Shown here: in pieces, positions 19,627-30,358 of the stretch
How the letters are laid out: each line of letters starts with the position of its first letter
Numbering within the stretch: position 1 is the stretch's first letter
From: Pseudomonadales bacterium
Lineage (GTDB): Bacteria; Pseudomonadota; Gammaproteobacteria; Pseudomonadales; Azotimanducaceae
Length of the DNA stretch: 64,000 nucleotides
Assembly (NCBI GenBank): GCA_041690675.1
Contig: JAWLGU010000004.1
Location: forward strand, 34,636-98,635
Reading direction: 5' to 3'
Notes under the pieces: model-generated
Seen by the model: the letters and a program-made list of their open reading frames with translations, nothing else
What the model was told of the DNA's origin: nothing
Databases searched by the model: none
Position numbers and translations under genes: made by a program

Positions 19627-21984
19627 ATGAGGCGTTCGTTACGCTGGCTGTGCTGCTTGCTGTTGTGGTGGTCGTGTGCCGCCTGGGCAGACACGTTCAC
19701 CATTTCCGACATCCGCCTTCAGGGTCTGCAGCGGGTGAGCGCGGGCACCGTGTTCAACATTCTCCCGGTGAACGTGGGGGACACGGTGGACGAGCTCGCG
19801 ATCCGCCAGCTCATCCGCATCCTGTTCGATTCCGGTTACTTCGACGACATCCGCATGGCGCGTGACGACGATGTCCTGGTGATTTCCGTGACGGAGCGCC
19901 CCGCCATCGAGAGCATCGAGATCGAGGGCAACAAGGCCATTCAGACCGAGGCGCTGCTGGAAGGTCTGTCGCAGCAGGGGCTTCGGGAAGGCGAGATCTT
20001 CAAACAGGCCACCCTGGAGCGGGTGGGCCTGGAGCTGGAGCGGCAGTACGTCGCCCAGGGCCGTTACGGCGCCAGCATCGAGACCAAGGTGGAGGAGTTG
20101 CCGCGCAACCGGGTGGCCATCAGGATCGACATCGAGGAGGGCAAGACCTCGGGGATCCGCCACATCAACATCGTCGGCGCCGAAGTGTTCGACCAGGAGG
20201 ATCTGCTCGAGGAGCTCGAGCTCCAGCACCCGAGCCTGTTCTCGTTCTACCGCAACGACGACAAGTATTCGCGGGAGAAACTCGCCGGAGACCTGGAGAA
20301 GCTGGAATCCTACTATCGGGACCGCGGCTACGTGGAGTTCGACATCGAGTCCACCCAGGTCAGCATCACGCCGGATCGCCGCCAGGTGTACATCACCATG
20401 AACGTGGAGGAGGGCCAGAAATACACGGTGCGGGACGTGAACCTGGTGGGCGAGCTCCACGACGTTCGCCCGGACGACCTGCGGCGCCTGTTCGTCGTGG
20501 CGCCGGGGCAGGTGTTCTCCCAGGCCCGGGTCACCGCCACCGAGGAGCGTCTCACCCAGGCTCTCGGCAACTCCGGCTACACCTTCGCCACCGCCAGCGG
20601 CGTCCCCAAGATCAACGACGACGGCACCGTGGACGTGGAGTTCTTCGTCGATGCCGGCAACCGGGCGTACGTGCGGCGCATCGCCTTCTCCGGCAACACC
20701 GTCACCCAGGACGAAGTGCTGCGCCGGGAGATGCGGCAAATGGAAGGGGGCTGGGCCTCCACGGCCCAGATCGATCTGTCGAAAGTGCGTCTCGAGCGAC
20801 TGGGCTTCTTCAAGGAAGTGAACGTGGAGACCCCCGAGGTGCCCGGTACGGACGATCAGATCGACGTGAACTTCAGCGTCGAGGAGCAGCCATCGGGCAG
20901 CATCTCCGCCACCGTGGGGTACTCCCAGGGGTACGGGCTGATCCTCGGCGGCAACTACCAGGAGAGCAACGTGCTCGGCACGGGCAACAGCCTGGGGGTG
21001 GGCATCTCGTATTCCAAGTTCCAGCGCTCCGCCAGCTTCAACTACTTCGACCCGTACTTCACCCTGGACGGCATCAGCCGCGGCTTCAACGTCTTCTTCC
21101 GGGAGTCGAACTACGACGAGGCCAACATCGCCCGATTCACCACCAACTCCTACGGGGCGGGGATCAACTTCGGCTTCCCCATCGGCGAGACCCGGCGCAT
21201 CAATTTCGGTGGCACCGTGGAGTACACGGACATCACGGAAGGGCGGTTCCCGGCCCAGGAGATCAGCGAGTTCATCGAAGAGAACGGCAGCGATTCGCTG
21301 AACTACAAGCTGAATCTCTCCTGGAGCAGCTCGACCCTGAATCGCGGCCTGTTCCCCACCCGGGGCCGCTCCCAGTCGCTGGCGCTGGAGGCGGCGGTGC
21401 CCGGCAGCGATCTGCAGTTCTACAAGCTCGTCTACACGGGACAGCAGTACTTCCCCATCAACGACAGATGGACCACCCGGTTCCGCACACGGCTGGGCTT
21501 CGGCGACGGATACGGCAGCAGCGACGCCCTGCCGTTCTACGAGCACTTCTTCGCCGGCGGGTTCGGCTCGGTTCGGGGCTTCGAGCAGAACACCCTGGGG
21601 CCGCGCAGCACGGACCCCCTGGTGGATCTGGACGGCGACGGCGTGCCGGACCCCATCTTCAGGCGCGAGCCGCCGCCGTTCGGGGGCAATCTGCTGGTGG
21701 AGGCGAGCGCCGAGCTCATCTTCCCGCTGCCGTTCATGGAGGACAGCCGTCAGTTCCGGCCGGTGCTGTTCTTCGACGCGGGCAACGTGTTCAACACCAA
21801 CTGCCCGAGCGTGAGCACGATCTGCAGCGATTTCGACGCCGGGGAGATGCGCTATTCGGCGGGCTTCGCGGTGACCTGGCTGACGGGAATGGGACCGATG
21901 ACGTTCGGCCTCGCCAAGCCGTTCAACGCCGGCGAGTTCGACGAAAAGGAGACCTTCCAGTTCGAGCTTGGCCGGACGTTCTGA
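19627..21984 (+). CDS. bamA: Outer membrane protein assembly factor BamA
   Basis: 785 aa with a signal peptide, POTRA repeats and a C-terminal beta-barrel ending ...FQFELGRTF. Confidence 0.95.
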   Translation: MRRSLRWLCCLLLWWSCAAWADTFTISDIRLQGLQRVSAGTVFNILPVNVGDTVDELAIRQLIRILFDSGYFDDIRMARDDDVLVISVTERPAIESIEIEGNKAIQTEALLEGLSQQGLREGEIFKQATLERVGLELERQYVAQGRYGASIETKVEELPRNRVAIRIDIEEGKTSGIRHINIVGAEVFDQEDLLEELELQHPSLFSFYRNDDKYSREKLAGDLEKLESYYRDRGYVEFDIESTQVSITPDRRQVYITMNVEEGQKYTVRDVNLVGELHDVRPDDLRRLFVVAPGQVFSQARVTATEERLTQALGNSGYTFATASGVPKINDDGTVDVEFFVDAGNRAYVRRIAFSGNTVTQDEVLRREMRQMEGGWASTAQIDLSKVRLERLGFFKEVNVETPEVPGTDDQIDVNFSVEEQPSGSISATVGYSQGYGLILGGNYQESNVLGTGNSLGVGISYSKFQRSASFNYFDPYFTLDGISRGFNVFFRESNYDEANIARFTTNSYGAGINFGFPIGETRRINFGGTVEYTDITEGRFPAQEISEFIEENGSDSLNYKLNLSWSSSTLNRGLFPTRGRSQSLALEAAVPGSDLQFYKLVYTGQQYFPINDRWTTRFRTRLGFGDGYGSSDALPFYEHFFAGGFGSVRGFEQNTLGPRSTDPLVDLDGDGVPDPIFRREPPPFGGNLLVEASAELIFPLPFMEDSRQFRPVLFFDAGNVFNTNCPSVSTICSDFDAGEMRYSAGFAVTWLTGMGPMTFGLAKPFNAGEFDEKETFQFELGRTF

Positions 21985-22135
21985 TGATAGAATGCGCCCG
22001 CCTGGCGAGGGCCGGACGGGCGGGGGGGCCGCGCGCTACCGGCAAGACGAAGTTGGTACGCCGGCCGCGGAGGCCGTCACAGTGACGCACAGGCGTCGTT
22101 GGGGCGCCGGGAAACGCTTTGCCAAGGAGTGAATC

Positions 22136-22657
22136 GTGATTAGGAAGTTTGTGAGTTGGTCGTTGCTGTCGCTCGCGCTGTTCGCCGCCGGGGGAGTGGC
22201 CGCCGAGCTGAAGATCGCCGTGCTGGACACCCAGCGGGCGCTGCTGGAAAGCGAGGAAGCCCAGCGGTTGATGGAGGATACCCAGACGGCGCTCAAGGAC
22301 GACCAGGATGAGGTGAATGCGCTGGGCGAGGAGATCATGGCGTTGCAGGAGCAACTGCAGAAGGATGCCGAGGTGATGAGTCCCAGCGAGCAGCGCCGTC
22401 GGCAGAAGGAAATCGAAGACAAGCGGCTCGACTACCAGTTCCTGGTGAACAAGCTGCAGAAAGAGGTGCAGGATCGCCGTCAGGAGTTGCTGCAGCAGAT
22501 GGCGCCCAAGATCGACGCCGTGCTGAAAGATCTGATCGAGCTCGAGGGCTACGATCTGATCATGCAGCGCAACGGCCTGCTGTATGCCAACTCCAAGCAC
22601 GACATCACCCGCAAGGTGACCGAGAAGCTCAACGAGCGGCGGCAAGCGTCCCGTTGA
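22136..22657 (+). CDS. skp: Periplasmic chaperone Skp (OmpH family)
   Basis: 173 aa with a signal peptide and a coiled-coil rich in E/Q/K. Canonical position between bamA and lpxD. Confidence 0.85.
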   Translation: MIRKFVSWSLLSLALFAAGGVAAELKIAVLDTQRALLESEEAQRLMEDTQTALKDDQDEVNALGEEIMALQEQLQKDAEVMSPSEQRRRQKEIEDKRLDYQFLVNKLQKEVQDRRQELLQQMAPKIDAVLKDLIELEGYDLIMQRNGLLYANSKHDITRKVTEKLNERRQASR

Positions 22658-22673
22658 TCGGCCGCCGCCTCCC

Positions 22674-23744
22674 GTGAGTGACCTCACCTTCACTCTGGCG
22701 GAGCTTGCGGATCGCCTGTCGGCGCGGCTGGTGGGCGATCCGGCCATTCGCATCACGGGCCTGGGCAGTCTCGCCAGCGCGGGTCCGGATGACATCTCCC
22801 ATCTGTCCAGCCCCGCGTACCGCCGGCAGCTGGGGACAACCCGGGCCGGCGCGGTGATCCTCGCGGAGAAGGACCTCGCCCTCTGGCAGGGTCCGGCGCT
22901 GGTGGTGGACGATCCGTATCTGGCCTTCGCCCGGGTCTCTCAGCTGTTCGCCCGCTTGCCGGAGCTGCCCGTGGGGGTCGACCCGATTGCCCGGGTCGAT
23001 CCCGCCGCGACGGTGAGCGACAGCGCCTGCATCGGTCCGGGCGCAGTGGTGGCGGCCGGGGCTCGCATCGGCCCGCGGGTACGGCTGTACGCCAACGCCG
23101 TGGTGGGCGAAGGCTGCGTGGTGGGGGAGGACAGCGTGCTGATGGCGAACGCGGTGCTCTACGCCGACGTCCGCATGGGGGCGCGCTGCACCGTGCACAG
23201 CAGCGCGGTGATCGGCGCCGACGGTTTCGGTTTCGCCCCGGACGGGTCGGGGCGGCTGCACCCCATCGCTCAGCTCGGCGGCGTGGTGCTCGGCGACGAC
23301 GTGAGCGTTGGCGCCTGCTCCACCATCGACCGCGGCGCCATCGACGATACCGTGATCGAAGACGGCGTTAAGATCGACAATCAGGTGCAGATCGGGCACA
23401 ACTGTCACATCGGCGCCCACACAGTGATCTGCGGCTGCGTGGGGATCGTCGGCAGCACCCGGGTCGGCCGCCACTGCGTCCTGGCCGGCGGCGTGGGGGT
23501 GGGCGGCGACGGGCCCATCGAGCTGTGTGACCGAGTGGTGGTGAGCGGCATGACCCACGTATCGGCCTCCATCACCGAGCCCGGAGTGTACTCCGGCGGC
23601 GTGCTGCATGCGCCGGGCCGCCAGTGGAAGCGAAACGCGCTGCGATTCCAGCGTCTCGACGACCTGAGTCGCCGGGTGACGCGCCTGGAGCGGGCGTTGC
23701 AGGAGGCCGAACTTTCCGAGTCAGCGGAGCAGGATCCGAAATGA
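22674..23744 (+). CDS. lpxD: UDP-3-O-acylglucosamine N-acyltransferase
   Basis: 356 aa with an LpxD N-terminal domain followed by hexapeptide repeats. Confidence 0.92.
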   Translation: MSDLTFTLAELADRLSARLVGDPAIRITGLGSLASAGPDDISHLSSPAYRRQLGTTRAGAVILAEKDLALWQGPALVVDDPYLAFARVSQLFARLPELPVGVDPIARVDPAATVSDSACIGPGAVVAAGARIGPRVRLYANAVVGEGCVVGEDSVLMANAVLYADVRMGARCTVHSSAVIGADGFGFAPDGSGRLHPIAQLGGVVLGDDVSVGACSTIDRGAIDDTVIEDGVKIDNQVQIGHNCHIGAHTVICGCVGIVGSTRVGRHCVLAGGVGVGGDGPIELCDRVVVSGMTHVSASITEPGVYSGGVLHAPGRQWKRNALRFQRLDDLSRRVTRLERALQEAELSESAEQDPK

Positions 23745-24178
23745 AAAACATCAACGAGCTGTTCGAGTACCTGCCCCACCGGTATCCCTTTCTGCTGGTG
23801 GATCGCGTGGTGGAGCTGACCCCCGGTGAGCACATCCGCGGCTACAAGAACGTGACCGTGAACGAGCCCTTCTTCAACGGCCACTTTCCGGGCCATCCCA
23901 TCATGCCTGGCGTGCTGATCGTGGAGGCCATGGCCCAGCTGTCCGGCGTGCTGGCCTTCGAGAGCAAGAATCGGCGCCCGTCGGACGGTTTCACCTACTA
24001 CCTGGGTGGTACCGATCGCACCCGATTCAAGCGTCCGGTGATTCCCGGCGACCGGCTGATGATGGAGAGCCGCATGCTGGCAGAGAAGCGTGGGGTCATG
24101 AAGTTCGACTGCAGGGCCTTCGTGGACGACGAGTTGACCTGCACCTCGGAGATCACCTGCGTCGAGCGAGCGCTCTGA
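23741..24178 (+). CDS. fabZ: 3-hydroxyacyl-ACP dehydratase FabZ
   Basis: [23 protein letters not shown]...[20 protein letters not shown] overlap with the lpxD stop. Confidence 0.95.
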   Translation: MKNINELFEYLPHRYPFLLVDRVVELTPGEHIRGYKNVTVNEPFFNGHFPGHPIMPGVLIVEAMAQLSGVLAFESKNRRPSDGFTYYLGGTDRTRFKRPVIPGDRLMMESRMLAEKRGVMKFDCRAFVDDELTCTSEITCVERAL

Positions 24179-24194
24179 GCGGGATGTCCGTGGC

Positions 24195-25007
24195 GTGATC
24201 GATCCCCGAGCCATCATCGATCCGTCTGCGCGGATCGGCGCCAACGTCTCCATCGGGCCCTGGACCATCGTCGGTCCGGACGTGGAGATCGGCGACGACT
24301 GCCAGATCTCCTCCCACGTGGTGCTCAAGGGACCTACCCGCCTGGGGCGGCGCAACCGCATCTACCAGTTCTCCTGCATCGGCGAAGATACCTCCGACAC
24401 GAGCTACCGGGGCGAGCCCACCACCCTGGAGGTGGGGGACGACAACGTGTTCCGGGAAGGGGTGAACGTGCACCGGGGTACGGTGAAGGACCAGGGGCGC
24501 ACCGTCATCGGCAGTCATTGCCTGTTCATGCCGTACGTGCACATCGCCCACGATTGCGTGATCGGGGATCACGTGATCCTGGCGAACTACGCGGCGGTCT
24601 CCGGCCACGTGCGGGTGGGCGAGTACGCCAACTTCGGCGGCTACGCCGGGGTGGCCCAGCACCGGCACGTCGGCGCGCACACCCATCTGGCGGCCATGAG
24701 TCTGGTGATCAAGGACGTGCCCGATTACGTCACCGTCATGGGCAACCCGGCCGCCGCGGTGGGACCCAATATCGAGGGCATGCGCCGGCGCGGCTACTCC
24801 CGGACGTTGATCCGGCAGCTCCGCGACGCCTACAAGACCGTCTACCGCTCCGGCCTCACCGCCCGGGAGGCCTGCGAACGCCTGGCGCCGCTGGCGGCCG
24901 AGGTTCCGGAGGTGGCGTCCTTCGTGGCCTGCGTGCGCGACTCCCGTTGGGGCATCGTCCGTCCGCGCGGCGAGCCCGGCGGCGCCGCTGGCGGAGCGGA
25001 ATCATGA
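24195..25007 (+). CDS. lpxA: Acyl-ACP--UDP-N-acetylglucosamine O-acyltransferase
   Basis: 270 aa with hexapeptide repeats plus the LpxA C-terminal helical domain (GLNIEGMRRRG-like). Confidence 0.92.
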   Translation: MIDPRAIIDPSARIGANVSIGPWTIVGPDVEIGDDCQISSHVVLKGPTRLGRRNRIYQFSCIGEDTSDTSYRGEPTTLEVGDDNVFREGVNVHRGTVKDQGRTVIGSHCLFMPYVHIAHDCVIGDHVILANYAAVSGHVRVGEYANFGGYAGVAQHRHVGAHTHLAAMSLVIKDVPDYVTVMGNPAAAVGPNIEGMRRRGYSRTLIRQLRDAYKTVYRSGLTAREACERLAPLAAEVPEVASFVACVRDSRWGIVRPRGEPGGAAGGAES

Positions 25008-25028
25008 TCTCGCTGCCCGGCTGAGGCC

Positions 25029-26183
25029 GTGGCGCCGCTGACCATCGGCATCGTCGCCGGCGAGGCGTCGGGCGACAACCTGGGCCGGGGAGTGATGGCG
25101 GAGCTCAAGCGCCGTTACCCGGACGCCCGCTTCCTAGGCATCGGCGGCCCGAGCATGCTGGCGGAGGGCCTGGAGTCCCTGGTTCCCATGGATAGGCTGG
25201 CGGTGAACGGCTTCGTCGATCCCCTGCGCCGCCTGCCCGAGCTGCTCGGGATCCTGCGTCTGCTGCTGCGAGCCTTCGAGGCGCGGCGTCCGGACGTTTT
25301 CGTCGGCGTCGACTTCAATGTCTTCAACCTGCTGCTCGAAGGCCGTCTGCGGCGGCGGGGCATCCCGACCGTGCACTACGTGAGCCCCTCCGTGTACGCG
25401 TGGCGCCGCGGCCGCATCCGACGCATCGCCCGGTCCGCGGACATGCTCCTCACCCTGTATCCGTTCGAGCCGGCCCTGTACCGGGACACTCCGGTGCGCG
25501 CCGTCTACGTGGGGCACCCGCTGGCGGACGCCATCGACCTGGACGCCGGCAACGAGGCCCACCGGCGGGCGGCCCGGGCCGAGCTGGGGCTGCCCGAGAC
25601 GGGTCTGGTGGTCGCCCTGCTGCCGGGCAGCCGCATGTCCGAGATCCGCCTGCTGGGGCCGGTGTTCCTCGAAGCCGCGACGCAGCTCGCCGTGCGCCGG
25701 CCGCAGGCGTGCTTCGTGGTGCCCTGCGTGCGCCCGGCCATCGCCCAGTGGCTGGCCGAGGCGAAGCGCCGCCAGCCGGCGCTGCGCATCGTCGAGGATC
25801 ACGGCAATGCCCGGCGCGCGCTGTGTGCCTGCGACGTGGCGCTGGTGAAATCGGGTACCAGCACGCTGGAAGCCATGCTGCTGCGGCGCCCCATGGTGGT
25901 GAGCTACCGCCTCGGGCGCGTCAGCTACGCGCTGGTGCGGCGCCTGCTGCGCACGCCCTACGTGGCGCTGCCGAACATTCTCGCCGGCCGCCAGCTGGTC
26001 CCCGAGCTGCTCCAGGACGGAGCCACGCCGACGGCTCTGGCCGCCGCGCTGCTCCGGGAACTGGACAAGGCCGGGGGCGACCCCGAATACTTGGCGGAGT
26101 TCGCCCGCCTGCATCGGCAGCTGCGTTGTGACGCCGATGCCAGAGCGGCGGATGCCGTGGCCGCCTGGCTGCGGGCCGACTGA
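25029..26183 (+). CDS. lpxB: Lipid-A-disaccharide synthase
   Basis: [15 protein letters not shown]-terminus, about 384 aa, canonical position. Confidence 0.9.
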   Translation: MAPLTIGIVAGEASGDNLGRGVMAELKRRYPDARFLGIGGPSMLAEGLESLVPMDRLAVNGFVDPLRRLPELLGILRLLLRAFEARRPDVFVGVDFNVFNLLLEGRLRRRGIPTVHYVSPSVYAWRRGRIRRIARSADMLLTLYPFEPALYRDTPVRAVYVGHPLADAIDLDAGNEAHRRAARAELGLPETGLVVALLPGSRMSEIRLLGPVFLEAATQLAVRRPQACFVVPCVRPAIAQWLAEAKRRQPALRIVEDHGNARRALCACDVALVKSGTSTLEAMLLRRPMVVSYRLGRVSYALVRRLLRTPYVALPNILAGRQLVPELLQDGATPTALAAALLRELDKAGGDPEYLAEFARLHRQLRCDADARAADAVAAWLRAD

Positions 26184-26211
26184 GAGAAGCGGGGCGGTAG
26201 ATCACGCATTC

Positions 26212-26841
26212 ATGAGATTGTTCGAAGATCAGGCACTGCCAGTGCTCACGGCGGGTGTAGACGAGGCGGGCAGGGGGCCGCTGGCGGGGCCGGTGCTCGC
26301 CGCAGCCGTGATTCTCGACCCTCTGCGGCCCATCGACGGGCTGAAGGACTCCAAGGTGCTCACCGCGGAGCAGCGCGAGACCCTGGCCGGGCAGATTCGC
26401 GAGCGGGCCCTGGCCTGGGCGCTGGGCCGGGCCGAGGTGGCCGAGATCGATGAGATCAACATCCTTCGCGCCAGTCATCTGGCCATGCAGCGTGCGGTGG
26501 CATCGCTGTCCCTGGCCCCGGAGCTGATCTTCGTGGATGGCCACCTCACACCGTCGTTCCCGGCTCCGGCGGTGGCGCTGGTGGGCGGCGATGCCCTCAT
26601 GCCGGCCATCAGCGCGGCGGGCATCCTCGCCAAGGTGGTGCGGGACGCGGAGATGGTGGCGCTGGCTGAGGCCTACCCCGGCTACGGCCTGGAGCGGCAC
26701 AAGGGCTATGCCACGCCCGAGCACCTGAAGGCGCTCGGCGAGCTCGGCCCCACCCCCCTGCACCGCCAGTCGTTCACGCCGGTGCGGACCGCCCAGGGGA
26801 CACCGGACGATACGCCCGCCGAAACCGGAGCGCTGTTCTAA
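26212..26841 (+). CDS. rnhB: Ribonuclease HII
   Basis: [15 protein letters not shown]...DSKVLT... blocks. ATG 26212 is preferred over the longest start at 26128, which overlaps lpxB by 56 nt. Confidence 0.9.
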   Translation: MRLFEDQALPVLTAGVDEAGRGPLAGPVLAAAVILDPLRPIDGLKDSKVLTAEQRETLAGQIRERALAWALGRAEVAEIDEINILRASHLAMQRAVASLSLAPELIFVDGHLTPSFPAPAVALVGGDALMPAISAAGILAKVVRDAEMVALAEAYPGYGLERHKGYATPEHLKALGELGPTPLHRQSFTPVRTAQGTPDDTPAETGALF

Positions 26842-29800
26842 ATGGCCGAGACCCTCAGCGCGGCGGTGGAGCCCTCCCGGCCCCCGCAGTTCGTGCACCT
26901 GCGGGTGCACAGCGAGTACTCGCTGGCCGACAGCATCATCAAGGTGAAGCCCCTGACGCGGCGCGCCGCCGAGCTGGCCATGCCCGCCCTGGCCCTCACC
27001 GACCGGGCCAACCTGTTCGCCCTGGTGAAGTTCTATCAGGCCGCGCTCACCGCCGGGGTGAAGCCGCTCGTCGGCGCCGACCTGGAGCTCCATGCCGAGG
27101 CCGGCGAGCGCTACCGCCTGGGTATCCTGGCCATGAATCAGGCCGGCTTTCGCAACCTCATCGCCCTGGTGTCCGCCGCGTACACCGGCGCGGCCGTGCG
27201 CGGGACCCTGAGCCGGGAACAGCTGTTCGCCTGCGCGGAGGGCCTGCTGGTGCTGTCCGGGGGCCGCGACGGCGAGCTGGGCCAGGCGCTCCTGAAAGGC
27301 GACGAAGCTCGAGCCGAGGAGGTGGCGCAGGCATGGCGGGCGGCGTTTCCGGATCGGTTCTACGTGGAGGTCACCCGCACCGGCCGCACCGGTGAGGAAC
27401 CCTACATCGCACTGGCGGTGCCGCTGGCGGCCCGTCTGGGGCTGCCCGTGGTCGCCACCAACGACGTCTGCTTCCTCGACGAGGCCGACTTCGAGGCCCA
27501 CGAGACTCGAGTGTGTATCCACGAAGGACGGACCCTGGACGATCCGCGCCGGGAGCGCCGCTACAGCCCGGCGCAATACCTCAAGACCCCGGCGGAGATG
27601 GCGGAGCTGTTCAGCGACCTGCCGGAGGCCCTGGCCAACAGCGTCGAGATCGCCCGGCGCTGCACCGTTGAGGTGCCCCTGGGGCAGTATTACCTGCCGA
27701 ACTATCCGGTCCCGGAAGGCGTGACCCTGGAGGCTTTCCTGGGGGCCCAGGCGCGGGAGGGGCTGGACCGGCGCCTGCGCCGGCTCGCCGAGCTCGGTGA
27801 GCTGCAGTTGCCCGAGGAGCGCTACCGGGAACGGCTGGAGTACGAGCTGGGCATCATCAACCAGATGGGCTTCCCCGGCTATTTCCTCATCGTCATGGAG
27901 TTCATCGGCTGGGCCAAGGCGAACGACATACCGGTGGGGCCGGGTCGCGGCTCCGGCGGCGGCTCCCTGGTCGCCTACGCCCTCGGCATCACCGACATGG
28001 ATCCGCTGCGCTACGACCTGCTGTTCGAGCGCTTCCTCAACCCGGAGCGGGTGTCCATGCCCGACTTCGACATCGACTTCTGCATGGAGGGGCGCGACCG
28101 GGTCATCGCCCACGTGTCCGAGCGCTACGGCCAGGACGCGGTGAGTCAGATCATCACCTTCGGCACCATGGCCGCCAAGGCGGTGGTGCGCGACGTGGCC
28201 CGGGTGCAGGGCAAGCCTTACGGCCTCGCCGACAAGCTGTCGAAGCTCATCCCCTTCGAAGTGGGGATGACCCTGGCCAAGGCCGTCGAGCAGAGCAAGG
28301 AGCTCGCCACCTTCATCGAGGAGAACGAGGAGGTGGCGGAGATCATGGAGATGGCCTACAAGCTCGAGGGTGTGGTCCGCGGGGTGGGGCGGCACGCCGG
28401 CGGGGTGGTCATCGCGCCCTCGGCGCTCACCGATTTCGTGCCGCTCTACGTGGACGAGCAGGCGGGGGGTCTGGTCTCCCAGTTCGACAAGGACGACGTG
28501 GAAAAGGCGGGCCTGGTGAAGTTCGACTTCCTGGGCCTGAAGACCCTCACCATCATTCAGTGGGCGGTGCAGGCCATCAACGCCCATCTGCCCGAGGGGG
28601 CCGAGCCGGTGCGTATCGACCGGATTCCCCTGGACGACCCGGCCACGTTCGAGCTGTTGAAGGAGGCCGAGACCACGGGCGTGTTCCAGCTCGAATCCCG
28701 GGGCATGAAGGATCTGATCCGGCGACTGAAACCGGACCGGTTCGACGACATCATCGCCCTGGTGGCCCTGTTCCGGCCCGGACCGCTGCAGTCCGGGGCC
28801 GTGGACGACTACATCGACCGCAAGCACGGGCGCAAGCCGGTGGTGTACCCGCACCCGGACATGGAGCCCGTGCTCTCCAGCACCTACGGGGTCATGCTCT
28901 ATCAGGAGCAGGTGATGCAGAGCGCCCAGGTGCTGGCTGGCTTCACCCTGGGTCAGGCGGACCTGCTGCGCCGCGCCATGGGCAAGAAGAAGCCCGAGGA
29001 GATGGCCAAGGTGCGGGAGCAGTTCCTGCACGGCACCGGGGAACGCGGCATCGACGCCAAGATCGCCGGCGAGATCTTCGACCTCATGGAGAAGTTTTCC
29101 GGCTACGCCTTCAACAAGTCGCACAGCGCCACCTATGCCCTGGTGTCGTTCCAGACCGCGTGGCTCAAGGCTCACCATCCCGCCGAGTTCATGGCCGCCA
29201 CCCTGTCTGCGGACATGCAGAATATCGACAAGGTGGTAACCCTGGTGGACGAGGTGCGCAGCATGAAGCTCGTCCTGGAGCCGCCCAGCGTCAACCGCAG
29301 CCAGTACCGCTTCACCGGCCGGGACGGACGGGTCATCTACGGCCTCGGCGCGGTGCGCGGGGTGGGCGAGGGACCGGTGGCGGCGCTGGCGGAGGCGCGG
29401 GAAACGGGGGGCCCGTTCCGCAGCCTCAGCGATTTCTGCCGCCGGGTGGATGCGAAGAAGGCCAACAAGCGGGTGTTGGAGGCGCTGATCCGTTCGGGCG
29501 CCATGGACGACTTCGCCGCCGAGGACGAGAGCCGCGACCAGGTACGGGCCCGGCTGGCGGCGGAGCTGGGCGATGCGCTCCAGGGTGCGGAGCAGGCGGC
29601 GCGCAACGATGCCCTGGGAATGACCGACATGTTCGGCGGCATGCACGAGCCGGTGGCGGCGCCCGCGGCCCGGCTCCAGGTGACGCCGCTGACTCAGCGG
29701 GAGCGGCTCGAGGGCGAGAAGGAGACCCTCGGGCTCTACCTGACCGGACACCCCATCGAGGAGTATCTGCCGGACCTGCGCCAGATCTGCCCGAACGACA

Positions 29801-30357
29801 TCGCCCGGCTGCGCGCGGAGAAGGGCAACCAACTCATCGCCGGCCTGGTGGTTTCCATGCGGGTGATGCGCAGCCGGCGCGGGGGCGACCTGTGCTTTCT
29901 GGTGCTCGACGATCGCAGCGCGCGTATCGAGGCGTCGGTGTTCACCGACGCCTTCGAGGCGAACCGCGGCAAGATCGCCAAGGACGCGATTCTTTTGTTC
30001 GAGGGGGAGGTGCAACCCGACGACTACACCGGGGCGCTGAAGCTCAAGGTGGAGAACGTCTACACCATGGAGGAGGCGCGCGCCCGCTACGGCCGCGCGC
30101 TGCTTCTGGATCTCTGCGCTCACAGCGCCCCACGGGACCTGCCGGCCCGCCTCAAGCGCTGCCTGGAGCCCCACCGGCACAACGGCGTCGGCTGTCCGGT
30201 GACCGTGCTGTATCAGACCGGCGATGGTGGCGTCGGCGCCCGGGGGCGCATCGTCCTCGGGCCGGAGTGGCGGGTCCGGCCCAGCGACGACCTGCTGGCA
30301 CGGCTGCGCTCCGAGTTCGGCGACGAGCGGGTGAAGCTCGCCTACGCTGCGGGGTGA
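26842..30357 (+). CDS. dnaE: DNA polymerase III alpha subunit
   Basis: 1171 aa with a PHP domain (FVHLRVHSEYSL), a polymerase core (GRGSGGGSLVAY, PDFDIDF) and an OB fold. Confidence 0.97.
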   Translation: MAETLSAAVEPSRPPQFVHLRVHSEYSLADSIIKVKPLTRRAAELAMPALALTDRANLFALVKFYQAALTAGVKPLVGADLELHAEAGERYRLGILAMNQAGFRNLIALVSAAYTGAAVRGTLSREQLFACAEGLLVLSGGRDGELGQALLKGDEARAEEVAQAWRAAFPDRFYVEVTRTGRTGEEPYIALAVPLAARLGLPVVATNDVCFLDEADFEAHETRVCIHEGRTLDDPRRERRYSPAQYLKTPAEMAELFSDLPEALANSVEIARRCTVEVPLGQYYLPNYPVPEGVTLEAFLGAQAREGLDRRLRRLAELGELQLPEERYRERLEYELGIINQMGFPGYFLIVMEFIGWAKANDIPVGPGRGSGGGSLVAYALGITDMDPLRYDLLFERFLNPERVSMPDFDIDFCMEGRDRVIAHVSERYGQDAVSQIITFGTMAAKAVVRDVARVQGKPYGLADKLSKLIPFEVGMTLAKAVEQSKELATFIEENEEVAEIMEMAYKLEGVVRGVGRHAGGVVIAPSALTDFVPLYVDEQAGGLVSQFDKDDVEKAGLVKFDFLGLKTLTIIQWAVQAINAHLPEGAEPVRIDRIPLDDPATFELLKEAETTGVFQLESRGMKDLIRRLKPDRFDDIIALVALFRPGPLQSGAVDDYIDRKHGRKPVVYPHPDMEPVLSSTYGVMLYQEQVMQSAQVLAGFTLGQADLLRRAMGKKKPEEMAKVREQFLHGTGERGIDAKIAGEIFDLMEKFSGYAFNKSHSATYALVSFQTAWLKAHHPAEFMAATLSADMQNIDKVVTLVDEVRSMKLVLEPPSVNRSQYRFTGRDGRVIYGLGAVRGVGEGPVAALAEARETGGPFRSLSDFCRRVDAKKANKRVLEALIRSGAMDDFAAEDESRDQVRARLAAELGDALQGAEQAARNDALGMTDMFGGMHEPVAAPAARLQVTPLTQRERLEGEKETLGLYLTGHPIEEYLPDLRQICPNDIARLRAEKGNQLIAGLVVSMRVMRSRRGGDLCFLVLDDRSARIEASVFTDAFEANRGKIAKDAILLFEGEVQPDDYTGALKLKVENVYTMEEARARYGRALLLDLCAHSAPRDLPARLKRCLEPHRHNGVGCPVTVLYQTGDGGVGARGRIVLGPEWRVRPSDDLLARLRSEFGDERVKLAYAAG

Positions 30358-30358
30358 C